Part shown: one piece after another, positions 48,001-60,900 of the stretch
Position numbering within the stretch: position 1 is the stretch's first letter
Layout of the letters: each line of letters starts with the position of its first letter
Notes under the pieces: generated by a model
The model's input: only the letters and a program-made list of their open reading frames with translations
What the model was told of the DNA's origin: nothing
Databases searched by the model: none
DNA from: Tubulanus polymorphus
Lineage: Eukaryota; Animalia; Nemertea
DNA length: 64,000 nucleotides
Assembly: GCF_964204645.1 (NCBI RefSeq)
Contig: NC_134027.1
Location: 2,574,485-2,638,484, forward strand
Direction: 5' to 3'
Translations under genes and position numbers: made by a program

Positions 48001-51000
48001 TTTCTCAGGGGCGCGTATCAGTGGTGGTCCGATTCCTTGGATATTATCATGAACATAACTGATTCACTTCACAAATGGCGTGATTTAGTAACTGGCGACA
48101 AGAATAAAGATATCAGCACAATTCTTCAGGAGAGATATGGACTGTGGGGATGTCTGTTGGCAGGTGTCTTATCGTCTAAGATAGCTCAATATGTTTTAAC
48201 ATCAGATCTCGGTTTACGTATGGAGACGTGTTTTCTATCTGGCTACTGTTTTAAAGCTCTGTTCCGTGCGTCCTTACCGCATCCAATAGCTGACCGAGAC
48301 TACGCTCTTTATGATATCGGAGAAGGCTGTGAAGTGACGAATCTTGTGCCCGGAATTGATCTATTTTCAGATAGGTTAGTACCGGTATATCATTTACCCA
48401 TCAGGGTCCAGTTCCAAAGTTATGAGTTAGTTAAAATTAGTTCATTTTCAATGTGTTAACCATCTTTAATGGTGTTGAAAATGAATTATTATCCCTGAAA
48501 CTTTTATCTCTTTATTCTGTGTACATAGGTTTCGGTGTGATGGTCGAACTGTAGTGGCAGCGTTAAGATGGGTAACTGAAGAACTCGCTCGCGGTCGACA
48601 CAATCTGTTCGTTTTACCACTGCTCAGTTTGAATCAATATTTCACCACATTCGTGTGCCGTGATTTACAAAGAAGCGTCGATGGTCGAATACTGAAAGTA
48701 CGAGTTCTTACCGATCTCGGTCTTTTCACCGAAGCATTCATCATTCTTATGAGGTGAGCAGATTGTGATTTATAACCAAATCAGATTAATAACAATTGAT
48801 CAGACGCTCTGTCAGTGTTGTTACAATGATATTAAATCCTACACAAAATGGTTCCTTTAGCTTGTGGTTTACTCAACGTTTCGACTTTATCCTAATAGTA
48901 TATTCCTGAAGATGAATGACTTATAGGATAAAGTCGAAATGTTGAATTTACTACTTGCTCAAGGAAACATTTTTGACTTTTCATTCTTAGTGTGAGATGT
49001 TATATTTAATCAAATCAATTGATTATTGTTATTGAAAGTTTAAACTGTGATATTGATTTCTGTGATAGATTACTTCACGGTGAACGCCTGCCTCAAACAG
49101 TTGACAGTAACTTCCGTCAAATGGAATCAAAGATGAGTCACAATACATTCTGCACCAGTAAACCAGTTTTGGATCCCAAAAATCTCCAGGTAATTTCATC
49201 CAATATTGCGATGTCTTTGAATACTGTCATCGAGGATTGGATTTGACATTCGTAGTGAGTTGAAATCAGTTCATTTTCAATGAGTCATCTCTTCATTGAG
49301 TGAAATCCGAACTCAAAACTGTGGATCTGCGTCCTGTATCTTACTGATTTGTTATATTCGGCAGGTATTAGAGAATGCTATTGATAAGCGTTTGTCTTCG
49401 AATCTCGGAACGTTGTATGGACCTCATCTGACGTGTCGTTTGTCTATAGTTCAAGCTCATTTACTGAACGCAGTCGCTCAAACAATTCCTGTTATACCAG
49501 ACTTCACTGCGGTTGTGTAAGTTTATCAGTTTCATTGAAGATCAATGAAAAGGATAAATACAGTAGACTCATGATTTCACAATCAATTTCTAATTGTTTC
49601 CATAGACTTCCGAGTGGACCGACAGTGAAAGGCACCAGTGTTAGTATGGATTCAGTGGGTGTGCGTTTTGGTAGTAAACGTTCAAAACCTGCTACTGTCA
49701 CTTCACAAAAACCAAAGAAAGATGATGCAGTTATAGGTATGATATCCTCTGCTATCCCCGAGACACTATTATTCACATTCTAATGTATTAATGTTATATT
49801 GAGCAGTGAAAGGAGACAGCGATTCTGATGATTCTAAAGAAGGAACTGAAAAACGGTTTTCTCCTCGAGACAAGAAACTATCAATGGAGTATGTTAAAGG
49901 TACATTGTTGGGTGCTGCTGATAAAATGATGACTGCAATATCTGAGATCATCCTCGAAAGCGCGGAAATGGATCAAGGTATGAAATTTATTCCCAATTTC
50001 GCAATTTTTTTCTTTTCATTTCAACGATATGGACCTGATTTTAATAAACCTTAAATTTGATCAGGTACTGAAAATATCCCGGCAGCTGAACTGGAGTTGG
50101 TCGTTCTGGCTAAGCTCGAATTAGCCAACGTTGCACGTCAGCGCCATCACGCCTCAATGGCTGCTAGATGTGTCCTAGCTGCGATGAAACTTCTACAGAA
50201 TTCAGAAGTTTACAGAGAAAAATCCGAAATAGGGAGATTTGATACAGTAGCAGCAAGGTAATGCATCTCATAGCTGTTCCATATGTATCCTCATAAACTA
50301 ACTGAGAAACACAATATATTCACAGTGCTTTGTTGTCTTCTCTCCTAATTCCTAATGTTTTACCTCATACTCAGTGGCAGTCTTAGTGCTATAGTGTACA
50401 TTGTTTAAATCGATCTGTAATACGGTACATACTCAAGTGATGAATAAATCATCGATACAAAAAATGCATGAATTTTTCAGGAATTCATCGCTGAAAGGAG
50501 GTCGTACTGAAAAGACTTCTAAAGTTCAAATAAAGGAGACTGAAACGACGATGTTCCAATATCAGAATTTCCAGAGTCGCGCTCGTTTGGACACTCGATT
50601 GTGGCTCGATTGTCGACTCTCATTAGTTGAAAGTTTAATGTGTGAATTACGAGGAATGGGAGAAATTAAAGGTAGTGAAAATTACGTTTCATCCACTTTT
50701 TGTCAATTGTAGATGAACCGTCGAAAATATTGAAATATTTTTTCTTTTCAAGGGCCAGAAAGGGCAGTGAAAGTAGAGCTAGCAGATTGTCGTCTATATT
50801 GCGCAGAAGGGGTAGCAGAGGCTGAAGCTGTCGGTGATACTGAAATGTTAGCCGAGTTCCTCATGCAAGCAGCTTTATTAGACATAATGGAAGGAAAATC
50901 TATTGCCAGCACAGAAGAAATACTACAGGTTACAACGATGTTTAAAGCGGTGAAATTTTGAAATATCGATGAATTGAATCTTCTAATGATCTATTTCACT

Positions 51001-54000
51001 TTTAATCAAACAGGAAATATTAAAGATATTGTCCGGTGTGTTGTGGTTATCTCCGAGTGGACAGTTACTGCGTGTCACCGCTATGATTCAGTTAATCGAT
51101 TTAGTCGCCGCCGGAAAATCATCCTCTGATGAACCGATTACCGAGAAAACATTACTCGATTATCTCAATGCTCAGAAATTGTTACTCGACCAGGTATAAT
51201 CATAAATTAACAAATTTTATCATCACTTCGGTTTTGAAATCGTATAATCACAGTTTATGGTGCGTTTATTTTTAGTTCCATTTGTTCGGAGAGAAGGTTG
51301 AGCATCATAACGCGATCGGGCGCCAGATACGAAGTCAACGAGATGGTCCGGTTAGTCCGATGCAGAATATCTATCTACGACACGTCGCGCTGTTAATTCA
51401 AGTGAAACTGCGTATAGGGCACGCGATGGCTAGAAACGTGACGAGATATTCTAAAAAACAGTGAGTTTATCGTTGATCACTCGAATCTTTCCATCGCTTA
51501 TTGAACTTATTAAACTTTTGAAATGATATTTTGAATAGCGGAAGTGCTGATGCTGCTGAAAGATGGACCGAAGTTCTCGGAGTTTTGAGTTCCGCTTTAG
51601 AATTGAACAAAATATCGGCAAGGAGAACTGCTCACTTAGAGGCTGTGATACTACTAAATATCGGTGAGTTTATTTTACGCCACAAATTCCTGTAAAAAAT
51701 TACTGTATTGAGAATGAATTCAATGAAATTGTAATTACAGGCAAAGTCCAGCGTCAACTCTGTAGTTTAGGCAGCTATAAACATCGCGCTGTTGCCAGTA
51801 CTTTCCTCGAGGCTATCAAAATAAGTCATGCTGGATCACATGATCTCGGGTATGTACCCGGTAATTGTCTCCGTAGTTTAGTTATACTGTCAGATATACC
51901 TAATAAGTGTACACATATGGTAATTTCTTCATTCAGTTTGATAAGACAAGCTTATCTGGAAATTGCGTTGGTGTATTTGTCGAATACCGGAATGATGGGG
52001 CGGGATGGTTCACCTGATCCAACGTCCGGGGCAGAAAGTGAAACTGATGCCGGTTCAACAAGTCCTACTCTAAAGAGGAGAGGAAAACGACCAACTGTAA
52101 GTATTACTTTGATGAATGTAGCTAGTCATTGTAAATACGTATGAGCTGGTGTGTGTAGCATGGGTGAGTGGGCCTTATTAATATAACTTTGCGTGTTCAA
52201 GACCCTTTCACTTGTATGGTAGCATGAATATCATACTCTTAATTGTATCCTTTATACTTTAAATTGTACAATCTTGGGAAAATAAAGTTATCATTCAAGG
52301 ACTAGGGATGTAACTGATAAATTATGCGATTGTTTTGTACAGAGACGATCCAAACAGAAACCGAAAGAAGAAAGTGAAATGGATAAAGAGAAGCGAGCGG
52401 CGTGGTTGAGTATCCGATGTGCTGCAGCTGTCGGTCAGTCGATGAGATCACAATCTGTTTTAACCGGAGATGTCACCGTTTCGAGCGTTTTAGTCGATGC
52501 TAATTCGCAATCGACGATGCCCGAATTCGCTGTGCTCGATCTCATCAGTTCTTATGTTCTCGGCGAGAAAAAGATAGTATTCAAAAGTGAGTGAATTTTC
52601 TAATCGATTCGTAAATAAGTACAGTTAATCCATGCGTGAGTCAGATGTTTTTGCACTGGAGGGTTTTCAATCTCTTTAACGAAAACTGCAGCTTAATGAA
52701 ATGGGAAAGTTCTGACTTTATCCAAGTTACACAGTGTTTACTGGAGTTTATTGGTGATATATTTGTAGATGAGATTGAAGAAGAGTTGTCTACAATGCCT
52801 GAAGCCCAGGATCCGAAAATAATTGAGAGTTATGAAGAACAAGTTCAAAGAACACGTGAATCAGCAGCTGATATCAGTTGGGTTCATTTGTTAGGTAGAT
52901 ATTCATTCTGTGATTTTATAAAGGTGTATTGATATTAAAGTGAAACCCACTTTGAAGGACCTATGAACTCCATCTGGTTTATGCAAATTACCGTTTAAAG
53001 CCTCATATTTAACATGCCTCTGTGATCGGTGAAACACAGATATTTTGAGTAGAAAAAGCTGTATTTTCTCTTAATTCAAATAATACGAATTTCTATTTTA
53101 GGATACCAGTCGTTATTACAACGGATTTGTAGCACGGCGACGGTATCACTATCGAACAACCACGTCGGCGATGTCCAAAAACCGGCGAGTGACGATAATG
53201 CGGAACAATTCGATCTGGGATTCGTCGTTCATTCGGACACTGAATATACACCAAACCACGACGTCGTACGCATTCCACTTCACAGCGATACATGGGCTAT
53301 TAGACTGAATCATATGCATCGATATTTTACTGAGAATCTTCCGGTAAGTTTACCAATCCAAACTTTATCATTCTTAGGCATCTTCCCAGTTAAAACGGAC
53401 TTCTTACTTGGTACCGGTGAAATCGTGAATTTCTCTTTCATATTTGGATGAAATATTTTCGAAAAGAATTCAACTCGTTTCTGATAAACTTCTAACTACA
53501 AAGTATCTGTGATATTGTTTCAGGTGTATAAAGCGACATGTGTAGCTGTGTATCCGCCTGCTGGTCTGATATTACCTCTGATTGACTCCACCGCGACTGC
53601 GACCACCGAGCTACCGATATTTATACGAAAATATCCAGACAATATGTTGACTCTTGAACTTCAACCCGATGGATCATTCCCGGAACAGCCCCTTCCTCCT
53701 GGTCAGTATTCTCAGAAAAAGGGTGAATCAGAAACTCTTAATAGAATTACAGTAGACTCCATTTACCCAAGACTCGAATGCCTCAGATCATTGTGGTACA
53801 ACAGACAATATATCTGATTCATCGTAATAATGACTGCCCCGGAATTTTGTCACCTCAGAGAGCTGAGGTGGGCAGAGTCTACTGTAGGGAACTTTCATTT
53901 CTACCGTAGAGAACTTTGATTCAGATATTAACTCCATTTCAAGTTTTTGAAAAGAACCCTTTAATTATATTTTCAACAGGTTTGAATCCAGAGCCTCATA

Positions 54001-54985
54001 AACCTAGTGACAAGGAAATTACAACGCCTTCGAAAAGCGACTTGATCGTTCAGTGGTATCAGCCCGTCATGCAAGAACTAGAAGTCTTTAACACCGAGTT
54101 GAACAGAGCAGAACAGAAACTGATGATGTTTTACAGTGTGAATAAGAAAAACCCGAGGAGTAGTTCAAACCTAGCTGAAACAGTTCAACTGAGCTGTAAC
54201 ATGATGTGGATATCACTATCGCAAATCTTAGAATTACACGATAGGTAAATTATACGAAATTAACTTGAAAATTGCAACCGAATTTTTACATAAATAACAT
54301 TATATTCAATGATTGATCGATTAAATTCAGACTGACTCTACTGGCTCAACGCGCTGAAATATCACTCGCTGATCCACCGTCGAAGCAAACAAAACCACGT
54401 CCGGATTCGGTTCAATCTGTAACCGGTCAACCGAGAACGAGGAAAGGGCAGCGTATTAAAGCTTTATCAGCTACTGAAAAGAAGGATGATCAATTAGAGG
54501 TAAATTGATTCTCACTAAATCTGAAGATCCATAAACTGATTGCTGCATTCTTATAGATCTTCAAATATGTGAAGTCTCTACCAAAAGTCATACCAAATCA
54601 TTAACAATACCATTAGTATGCTCTTATTATGTTGTGCTCTTATTATGATTGAAATTGCAGGCGTTTCTAAGGCAGTGTTTAACTGATATACAAACTTTGT
54701 TCGGGGTCGTGTTAGAGAAATCTGAACCGGAAGATGTCGCTTCACAAACAGCATTATCTGAAGAAGGTCCGCCATCGGTAAGTGTACAAATTACATCCCC
54801 GACTTGTCTTGCACCAATCTGCGAACAACTGATTAATCATTCATTGTTTTTTTCAGATACCTTTTGAAATGACAAAAAGCAACGTTTGCAGTATCGAGAA
54901 ACTCTTCAATCCTAACTATGGATTCATTCTGAATAATAGAGATATGTTTAAATGGTTCTCGATGATATTCACGAATATATCTTAG
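33052..54985 (+). CDS. CFAP54: Cilia- and flagella-associated protein 54 (central-pair projection), more than 60 exons, roughly 3000+ aa
   Basis: Continuous GT-AG exon chain from MATILRGAAA (33052) to ..FKWFSMIFTNIS* (54857-54985). Recognisable segments: LFDLWNKYEPRLP, EKLCWLVFNGT, VLEYLLWACMCMETSVPLLAVHYLQWRSTLYTAVCQCY, VPPSPILLSRT, FN3-like VSGLQPGEQYVFAVAAYTAEGKLIG, LAHRGKHWTSLQNACRGLWN, ERYGLWGCLLAGVLSSKIAQY, FKALFRASLPHP. AATAAA at about 55007 and 55237. Confidence 0.88.
34230..34360. mobile_element. MITE with about 23-bp terminal inverted repeats (CFAP54 intron)
   Basis: GGGCCCAGTTTCACGAAAAAGTT ... AACTTTTTTGTGAAACTGGGCCC. Confidence 0.85.
35472..35666. mobile_element. MITE with CAGGGTTCT-type ends and internal CAGGGAA repeats
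   Basis: CAGGGTTCTC ... AGAACCCGG; TCAGGGAATT-type motifs are shared with fragments at about 3170-3400, 7100-7210, 27349-27610 and 31480-31530. Confidence 0.5.
36233..36576. mobile_element. MITE with CAGGGGCGGA termini and 5-bp TSD (ACCTA)
   Basis: CAGGGGCGGAGCTAG ... TCGATCCGCGCCTG, flanked by ACCTA at 36228-36232 and 36577-36581, immediately after a CFAP54 donor GT. Confidence 0.8.
37235..37420. mobile_element. Decayed palindromic Penelope-like fragment in a CFAP54 intron
   Basis: Inverted arms TAAGATTAAAACTCA..TACAAATT..AAACGAAATTTATT / AATAAATTTCGTTT..AATTTGTATGAGTTTTAATCTTA; internal AAACCACAACGTTT identical to the 15168 element. Confidence 0.6.
39001..39180. mobile_element. MITE with AGGGTCCT terminal inverted repeats
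   Basis: AGGGTCCTAC ... GTAAGGACCCTG with internal AAAACTCCTT repeats. Confidence 0.6.
45389..46438 (+). CDS. NAPEPLD: N-acyl-phosphatidylethanolamine-hydrolysing phospholipase D (metallo-beta-lactamase fold), intronless, nested in CFAP54 intron 45160-47271
   Basis: 349-aa uninterrupted ORF with FSNPW, VTWLGHA, TDPVFSERCSP, the HxHxDH metal site SHNHYDHLD, WFVPLGL, TPAQHW, LWGSW, FFFAGDTG, FGPFDLAAIPIGAYEPRW, HVDPEEAV, IHWGTF and EHYLEPP, as in animal NAPE-PLD. Confidence 0.95.
   Translation: MDSTEEVDILDGHHPKKSQTFPWSSFRFSNPWKTWKFPTALNALWWKMSTVGRVDIGIPSDKTELDSKLPVIKPDWVELDGGVRVTWLGHACVLVQLDGFTVLTDPVFSERCSPIGFIGPKRYRDSPCEIDELPRIDAVVISHNHYDHLDLNSVKLLNARFGKKLQWFVPLGLASWMHDCNVDKENVTEMCWWEENSSVFPNRMKFIFTPAQHWCRRGAADTNKVLWGSWCLKGPKHSFFFAGDTGKCPVFEVIGKKFGPFDLAAIPIGAYEPRWMMKAQHVDPEEAVEIHREINARFSVGIHWGTFVLTDEHYLEPPKKLEEAAKQAKLSDGEFFILDHGESKHLLDD
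47512..47787. mobile_element. MITE (PIF/Harbinger-like) with about 20-bp imperfect TIRs
   Basis: AGCCTTACACACATGGCAA ... TTGCCATGTGCGTTGGGCT, flanked by TAA on both sides. Confidence 0.65.
48845..48974. mobile_element. Palindromic Penelope-like fragment with a decayed hammerhead (second family)
   Basis: Arms TCAACGTTTCGACTTTATCCTA / TAGGATAAAGTCGAAATGTTGA; core CTGAAGA-T-GA(ATGA)CTT..AAGTC-GAAA-TGTT. Confidence 0.65.
53750..53884. mobile_element. Tc1/mariner(pogo)-type MITE
   Basis: TA|CAGTAGACTC ... GAGTCTACTG|TA: 10-bp TIR with TA TSD. Confidence 0.8.
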
Positions 54986-57900
54986 ACTTATCGTCGCTGA
55001 TATTTCAATAAAATGATAAATATTGCTTGGTATTGACTGTTGAATATCAGATTTCATCCGTCCTATGAATTATAGTTTATTATGATTATAACATTTTGAT
55101 TTTATCTATGTTAATGTTGCACCACAGTGTGTGTCTTATATTTACTACGAGTTGTTAAAGTGTGAATATTTATGTCTGATTTTCGTCCATTATTTATACT
55201 TATAAACAAATACTTATATTTGATTAGTTTAAATGAAATAAATGCTGTTATCATTATCGCATGTTTAATTGTTTCGTTCAATGTTGGTCATAAGAGGACA
55301 TGTTCCAATCATCGACAGCTCCAAAAAATCCCTGAATGACTCTGAATCCGTGTCGAACTCTAGACATCGTTCTTTAATCTGTATCTGAAGACATTAAATT
55401 CTATCAATGGTTCAGTGCAATCTTGGCTATTGTCGATTCCGGAAATTTGATAGTTCAGCTAGATTCCAATAGACAGCGAAGATGTCGCAATAGGAGGAAC
55501 TTTTCCCCCCAATGTAATATCACGCATCCATTGAACATTTTAAACACTAGTCTGAACATTTCCTTCCTGATTTCTGTTCATATCTCAAAATGCTTATGAT
55601 TATTTTGAATAAACGCTCTTATTTTTGTCGCGTATTTAATTGTTTTTTGTTCAATGTTTGCAGAGAAGAGTTTCATCCACGACCACGATCCTTTAACTGT
55701 GATCATCAAAGTTGGAATCCAACCCCTGCTACCTTTCAATTCAATAAAAGTTTCTAAACCCATTGGAATTCACTTTGACACCAAACAAAAGATTCGCCCT
55801 TATTGGACTAAGAACATAACACCGGTGGAGATATCTATTGGGTGAAATTGATCTAGCTATTTCCTGTTTGATCTTTTTCGATTGTTAACTTAAAATAGAG
55901 ACGAAAAAGCCGCACGTATTAAGTCTGTTACTCGTCTGATCATTTTTATCTGTTTTTGGATCGACTATCTTCTTAGATGTTTCGTTTTCTAATAGAGGGG
56001 AATTATCTGGTCTGTAGTGTGTGTGAAAACTGCAGCTTGATTGAACGAGTATATCGCCGACAGTGAGCCAGTGGTTATTTTGCGTTCACCTATTGACAAT
56101 GCAATTAAGCCCGAAGGAAACAATTTGAATCAATTATCCAGATTCCATATGAACACTACTGTTTCCTGCTGGGACATCGCTATCGGAAAACGAAGTGTCT
56201 ATCAGAAGAAAATTCTATAAAGGCCAAACTAGTTTTAAAATTCGTTTTTTCCTCTCGCGCAAAGCTCTCATTTAATCAAACCGAAATCAAATTTAACGCA
56301 GCTCATTTTCCGATGCGGTAGAATTCCTCATGGTTTGGAATTGTAACAAATATGCTCGTATATCCGACGAGCGCATGGACATCCTCGGCAATCTAAATTG
56401 GGATGCTGACTATACATGTCAATAAAATCTGCCACAGGGTGGTTTACATGTATGTTTGGTATGTATGTTGTCAGGAAACCTTTTCGATTTTAGCTCCAAG
56501 AAAATCGACTGCACGGATCATGAACGGATGTTATACCGGTTCTCGGCTTCGTATGAAACGCAAATATTGCGAAAATGGAAAAATGTCCAAAAACGTATCA
56601 GCGGCGTTCTACGAAGAGAAGTCGCGTGAGAACTATTTGCCGATTGTTCGTGGCCTAATTGTGGCTACAGCTGCTTCGGAGACGATGAGCAATTTTGAAT
56701 AAATATTGAACGCGACGTTGATTCGACGATAAATACCCGGATAAAAATTCATATCGGACACATGTTGCATATAGCGTGTATAAAGCTGAAATAACCGACT
56801 TAACGGATATTGTAAAAGCCCTAACATCTTCCTTTATGTAATATTTATGAACAAACGGAACTGTGTGTGCAGTCTGTGGGGGATATTTTATCTGACGATT
56901 GTCAAGTCTGAGTTATAGCGTTCTATCTAGTAGTAATGTCATAATTAAAGTTGTCAATAGCAAACCCCGTAACCAGAAGGACAATTGTTCGTTTTGCTTC
57001 ACATCGTTCTGTTTTTGGTTTGCCATAGTCTATGATCCTAGGGATGACGCCGGACGGGCTTTCAAGTATTTCCTCGAACCTGAGAACTCCATTGTCGAAA
57101 GTCAATATGGTTACCACAACGCAATGAAGTACGTCGTCTCTGGATGCCCGAGATCACTGTGGGCCTATCATTCCCTGAATATAAGCGTTCAATAAGCGGG
57201 CCCGTTGCGAAAAACGTCTAACTGTTAGACTTCATTAATATATCATAATATATATCGGATGGAATGTCACCAGAAATTCCAAAGTTGCAACCTCTGAAAA
57301 TTGGAAAAGATATATTACGTAGCCTGTAAATAAACTGGCAGCAAGTGCATGCGATGGCTGAGGAAATCGTCTTCCGAGAGAAGATCGAACTGGGAATCGA
57401 ATTAACGTTCCTATACGTCAAATATTGTTACAGATCTGTCAAGAATGGATGAAATAGATCGAACCAGTTCGCAAAAACACACGACCCGACCGCGGTTTAT
57501 TGCATAAAGCTCAGAGCATTCGATGTAAGCTTATTAACGTCGTATGTACAGTTTTCAATGAATTTATGGAGGAAGATGGAAATTGGAAAAAGGTTTGAAA
57601 TCATTTCCCCTCAAGTATTTAAACTTACTTGGAGCTCGCAAACTCCATTTTCTATATGTACCCGAAAGACGCACTCAGTCCGTGCGGCATTCATCTCTTT
57701 AAGTACGTCCATTACATTTACTCTTACGTCAAACTCAACTAGCCACGTCATGATCTGCGGTTTATTGGATTGGTTCCGTATCAAAGGCACGTATCATCAG
57801 ATATTTTAACCCAGTAAAAGTCACTCTCTCTTTCTCTCTCTTCCAAAAAACCATAACTCATAACCCGAATCCCGACGTGCCTTTAGTTCGCTCTTTGAGT

Positions 57901-60900
57901 TGGGTTATTAAATTTCCTTTGGGACTCTTAGCAAGCCATCGAGAGTAGTAGATAGTCGGCTATTAGTGTCAGAGATGGTGGAGAAGCTCCAGTGTGAGCT
58001 AATATAAGCTGATTCGAGCTGACACTGTGATGAATGGACGGATGAGATTTTGTTATAGACGGGATTCAACCGATTTTCTTCACCACTGGCGCATGTTAGA
58101 AACGAAGATGTCACTGTATTTGATACCACGCAGTGATGAGAAGATACGTGCGGTTGATGCAGTCGCCTGGCATCAGTTTGCTACTGATACCACGTCACAT
58201 TTTGTCGTTATCCTTTTTATGTGTCAGGAGCCGTGATTGATCAATCAGAGAAATGACGTCACCATTGCTACAGCGCCAGATAACAGCAAACCTGATGAAA
58301 TTGGACGCGGATAGCTGAAAATGTAAAAATATGTTAAAGAAATTGAAAATAACAGGCAGGAAATATCCTGGCAGTTGAAATAATGTAAATGTCTTCATTC
58401 TACATGCTTTTAACACTCTCCCTATAGACCTTGCTTATCTATCATTCATAGAAAATTGTCGTCTAGTCTTTTATTTGGAACGTTATTTGAAGGTGACCGT
58501 TTGAACTACACGAATTCAACTGGGATTCGGATGCAGTGGAAATACCCTCTCATTGAAGACTAGAAAAATCTGAGAAGCATCAATACAGTCACTATAGATA
58601 GTCTAGTCTAGTTACTGTATATGTTTATATTACATCAGGATAGTTATCAGTCAATTTAGGCAGATGCAGTATGAAATTATGTCATCATTTTCTAATGTAA
58701 CATTGATTATTCTAGCTAATTTGTGGACCGGGCGGCTTGATTAACATGATGACAATGATGACCGTTTTATATGGTTTATTTATCATCGATGGTTGAATTT
58801 CCAGATTGGCGATTTGATTGGCCACTTCGTCCGTAAATGTATTAACTTATTACTCTATTATAGCAAAAATAAATGATTATGGTAAATAGTTTATGATTGA
58901 TGCATTGGTTTAATGAGAAAATGCATCCCCCATCCCCAGCGGGGTTATTCTTTCAAAATCAATTTTTATTTCAACTGAATTCATTTGTAAATTGAAATGT
59001 ATCCGTTCTCACTTTCCATCCTTTCTGTAAGCCACGCATTAATAGATAAACTATATAGTCGGTGGAATCCTGATTTATTTTATCGACGGAATCCGTATCG
59101 TCTCTGTCGATCGGAACCGCATCAAATAGCTGCTACTTTCAGTTGGATCTGCTGCAATTTGTTATTGGTTTGCTGATGACCATCCCGGCCTATTTAGCAC
59201 ACTTTACCGTTAATACGATACGATACGCTCTTCTACTTTATCGTTGACCGATCACAAATCTACCGCCGTCGCTCGTCAATTATCCGCGGTAAAAATGAGC
59301 AAAACGCCCCGCAAAAACCAGTCAGTTCGTAGGCTTCATTACCCGATACATTTACACCAATTCTGCCCGACAGCACTCCGGGGACACTTAGCAAAGAAGA
59401 GCACACTATTAATCAATGTATACGTCATCGTATATCGATAAAACACGCAGAAATTGATGTCTAAACGTTTCTGGAAAACTGACAAATATTGAACAGTGAA
59501 CTTGTTGTTTATGAGTAAAACTCGGAAAACGTAAGAATTTCTTATAGATTTAAACACGCGCTGATTCAGTTGTACATGTTATAGTTTGATTCGGTATAAA
59601 CTCGTAGTTCCATCAATTTTTCTTCATTTGATAAACTGTAAATCCCTTCACGCGCCTGGGTCGCTGTATATCAAGAGAGTATACTGTAAAATGCATGGGA
59701 TTTTAATCTCTCAGATTTTCTACAGATCGTCTGTTCGCCGCGTTATTTCTACAGTGACGAATTTATCGTTTGTCATTTTTGAAAAGGCGATTCTGTAACG
59801 AGTTTATTTGTTTATTATGACAAATAAGATTTTTCCATTATAAATTGTCAATAAAATGATGTTGAATATCGATCCAAAAAGACTGATTGGAAACTGTTGC
59901 AATAGTGAAGATAAACTGCTCTCAAATTAAAATGAACCTAGTTGTTACTTTTGAGAAGACAGTCATCAATACTTATCGGTTATTGATCATCATTTCATAT
60001 ACTGCGCAGTATTCGAAAAGTATCATAATAAAATGAATTATGCTTTTTTTATAGTTTTGTAGGACTATTTCCTATCGAAATCACTCGATATAAATTCTGA
60101 TTCATTTCGTTGAGCGCCACAGCGAAGCGCAAATAACTCTGATTAAACCACAACGATTTTACTCTGATTAGATTTATCGAAAGGCAGAAAAACGAAATAT
60201 CATCAACATCATCAATTTATTGATAAATTCAAGTAAATTAAAATGCTGGTATCACTGCACTGTCTCTTCCGGCCCCAGTGGGTATTATAGTAATTGGTGT
60301 TAATGGCATAAATGAACGTTTCCAAGGAATATATTAACAGTCTGAAAAGTGCCAAAATATCAAACAAGGTGCTAAAATCTGACAGGAAAATGTAGGCTAT
60401 TACGGCCAGTTTGACATTTATCAACAATATGTCATTTATCAAAATTCATGTTCAAAGGAAAATTCATAAAAATCGTAGACGGTAGTTTCTAAATTTGGGT
60501 AATGTTTAGTCTCGTCTTACGACAGTCACATGGCTTCACATTTTTATTCATTGGCTTACCAAACAACACTCTCTAGACATTTCTGAATAATAATTTCAGA
60601 ACAACAGGACATCAATATGGCCATGGTTAATTGGGCCACGTCCTTTTGATTTATATCATCGATCACGATCTCACGATACCCAAACACCTTTTTTAAATGA
60701 TATATAAAATCTTTGGAAGCTTATAATAATTCCCAAGAAGCTGCAGAAAAATCGAATTGAAAAGACATAAATGATAATCCGCGAGGTTTTGATGGACATC
60801 CACCTCGAGTGTTAATTCGTCGGGAAAATGGCCACGGCATAAATAGAAAAAGAGAATTATGTGGTCTGATCTTTGAAAAAAAACTACGCGGTTTCTCACA

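Noticed and set aside
52245-52253. GTATCCTTT U12-donor-like motif (also near 18706)
   Set aside because: Not at an exon boundary; the flanking exons use normal U2 donors.
55280-56200. Coding-like composition on the - strand after CFAP54 (possible decayed gene or TE)
   Set aside because: Multiple stops in all frames and no recognisable motif; needs BLASTx.
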